Assembly (NCBI GenBank): GCA_032249135.1
Contig: JAVVGL010000025.1
Span: 1 to 24,788 of the forward strand
Length of the DNA: 24,788 bases
Direction of reading: 5' to 3'
From: Candidatus Calescibacterium sp.
GTDB taxonomy: Bacteria; Calescibacteriota; Calescibacteriia; Calescibacteriales; Calescibacteriaceae
Part shown: positions 24,481 to 24,788 of the stretch, piece after piece
How the letters are laid out: each line of letters starts with the position of its first letter
Position numbering within the stretch: the first letter of the stretch is position 1
Translations under genes and position numbers: made by a program
Notes under the pieces: generated by a model
Database searches by the model: none
What the model was told of the DNA's origin: nothing
What the model saw: only the letters and a program-made list of their open reading frames with translations

Positions 24481-24759
24481 TTAGAAGTTTTTTCTTTGGG
24501 TAGGATTTTTTTTAATTCCGTAGCATAATTTCCAAAAATTTAAAGATTGTTTTGATAGGAGATTCTCGTATTTTTTAAGGAAGTTTTTGATTTTTTCTTT
24601 TCCTATTGCTTTTTCAAGAATTTTGACCTGCTCTTTATTTCCTATTTCAAGAACTCTTGCGATAACAAATGGAGAATCAAGCTTTTTCAAAACGGAATTC
24701 CATTTATAGTCCCAAAAAAGCTCTTTGAGAATTTTGATGTTTTTACTTTTATTCATCAT
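24481..24759 (-). CDS. DUF6922-like protein (putative antitoxin partner of AbiEii-like nucleotidyltransferases)
   Basis: LFWDY...FVIARVLEIG...GKEKIK...LSKQSLNFWK pattern, recognised from memory of the family. Confidence 0.75.
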   Translation of the reverse strand: MMNKSKNIKILKELFWDYKWNSVLKKLDSPFVIARVLEIGNKEQVKILEKAIGKEKIKNFLKKYENLLSKQSLNFWKLCYGIKKNPTQRKNF

Positions 24760-24788
24760 ATTTTAGCGAATTCCTTTATGAAAAAGTT
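24756..24788 (-). CDS. 3' end of an upstream gene coupled to the DUF6922 gene (partial)
   Basis: Minus frame reads NFFIKEFAKI-stop; the TGA (24756-24758) overlaps the DUF6922 ATG as ATGA. Only 10 codons are visible. Confidence 0.5.
   Translation of the reverse strand, partial: NFFIKEFAKI

Overview
An AT-rich (roughly one-third GC by eye), gene-dense bacterial chromosomal window. Its K/E/I-rich proteins suggest a thermophile (inference). Content is mostly housekeeping: partial SDR, large orphan lipoprotein, MBL hydrolase, mnmA, pntA2-pntB-cobB-glnE, XerC-like recombinase, FrnE/DsbA, topA, hisS, folC, cheY, Cys-tailed MarR, pdaD-speB, methylmalonyl-CoA epimerase, proS, comF, ROK kinase and a DUF6922 protein whose upstream partner runs off the right edge. 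I see no RNA gene, CRISPR array, IS or prophage, and I cannot demonstrate a complete new multi-gene system. Best leads: (1) an epimerase fused to an apparently inactivated Mrr/PD-(D/E)XK-like domain; (2) a hidden ~270-codon Cys-rich lipoprotein gene split over three frames, behind a promoter and perfect SD with a dead start, next to the recombinase; (3) a transhydrogenase lacking its dI gene, in line with cobB-glnE; (4) an SDR with its catalytic Tyr replaced by Phe; (5) paired palindromes between pdaD and mce. All family calls come from motif recognition, not database searches.
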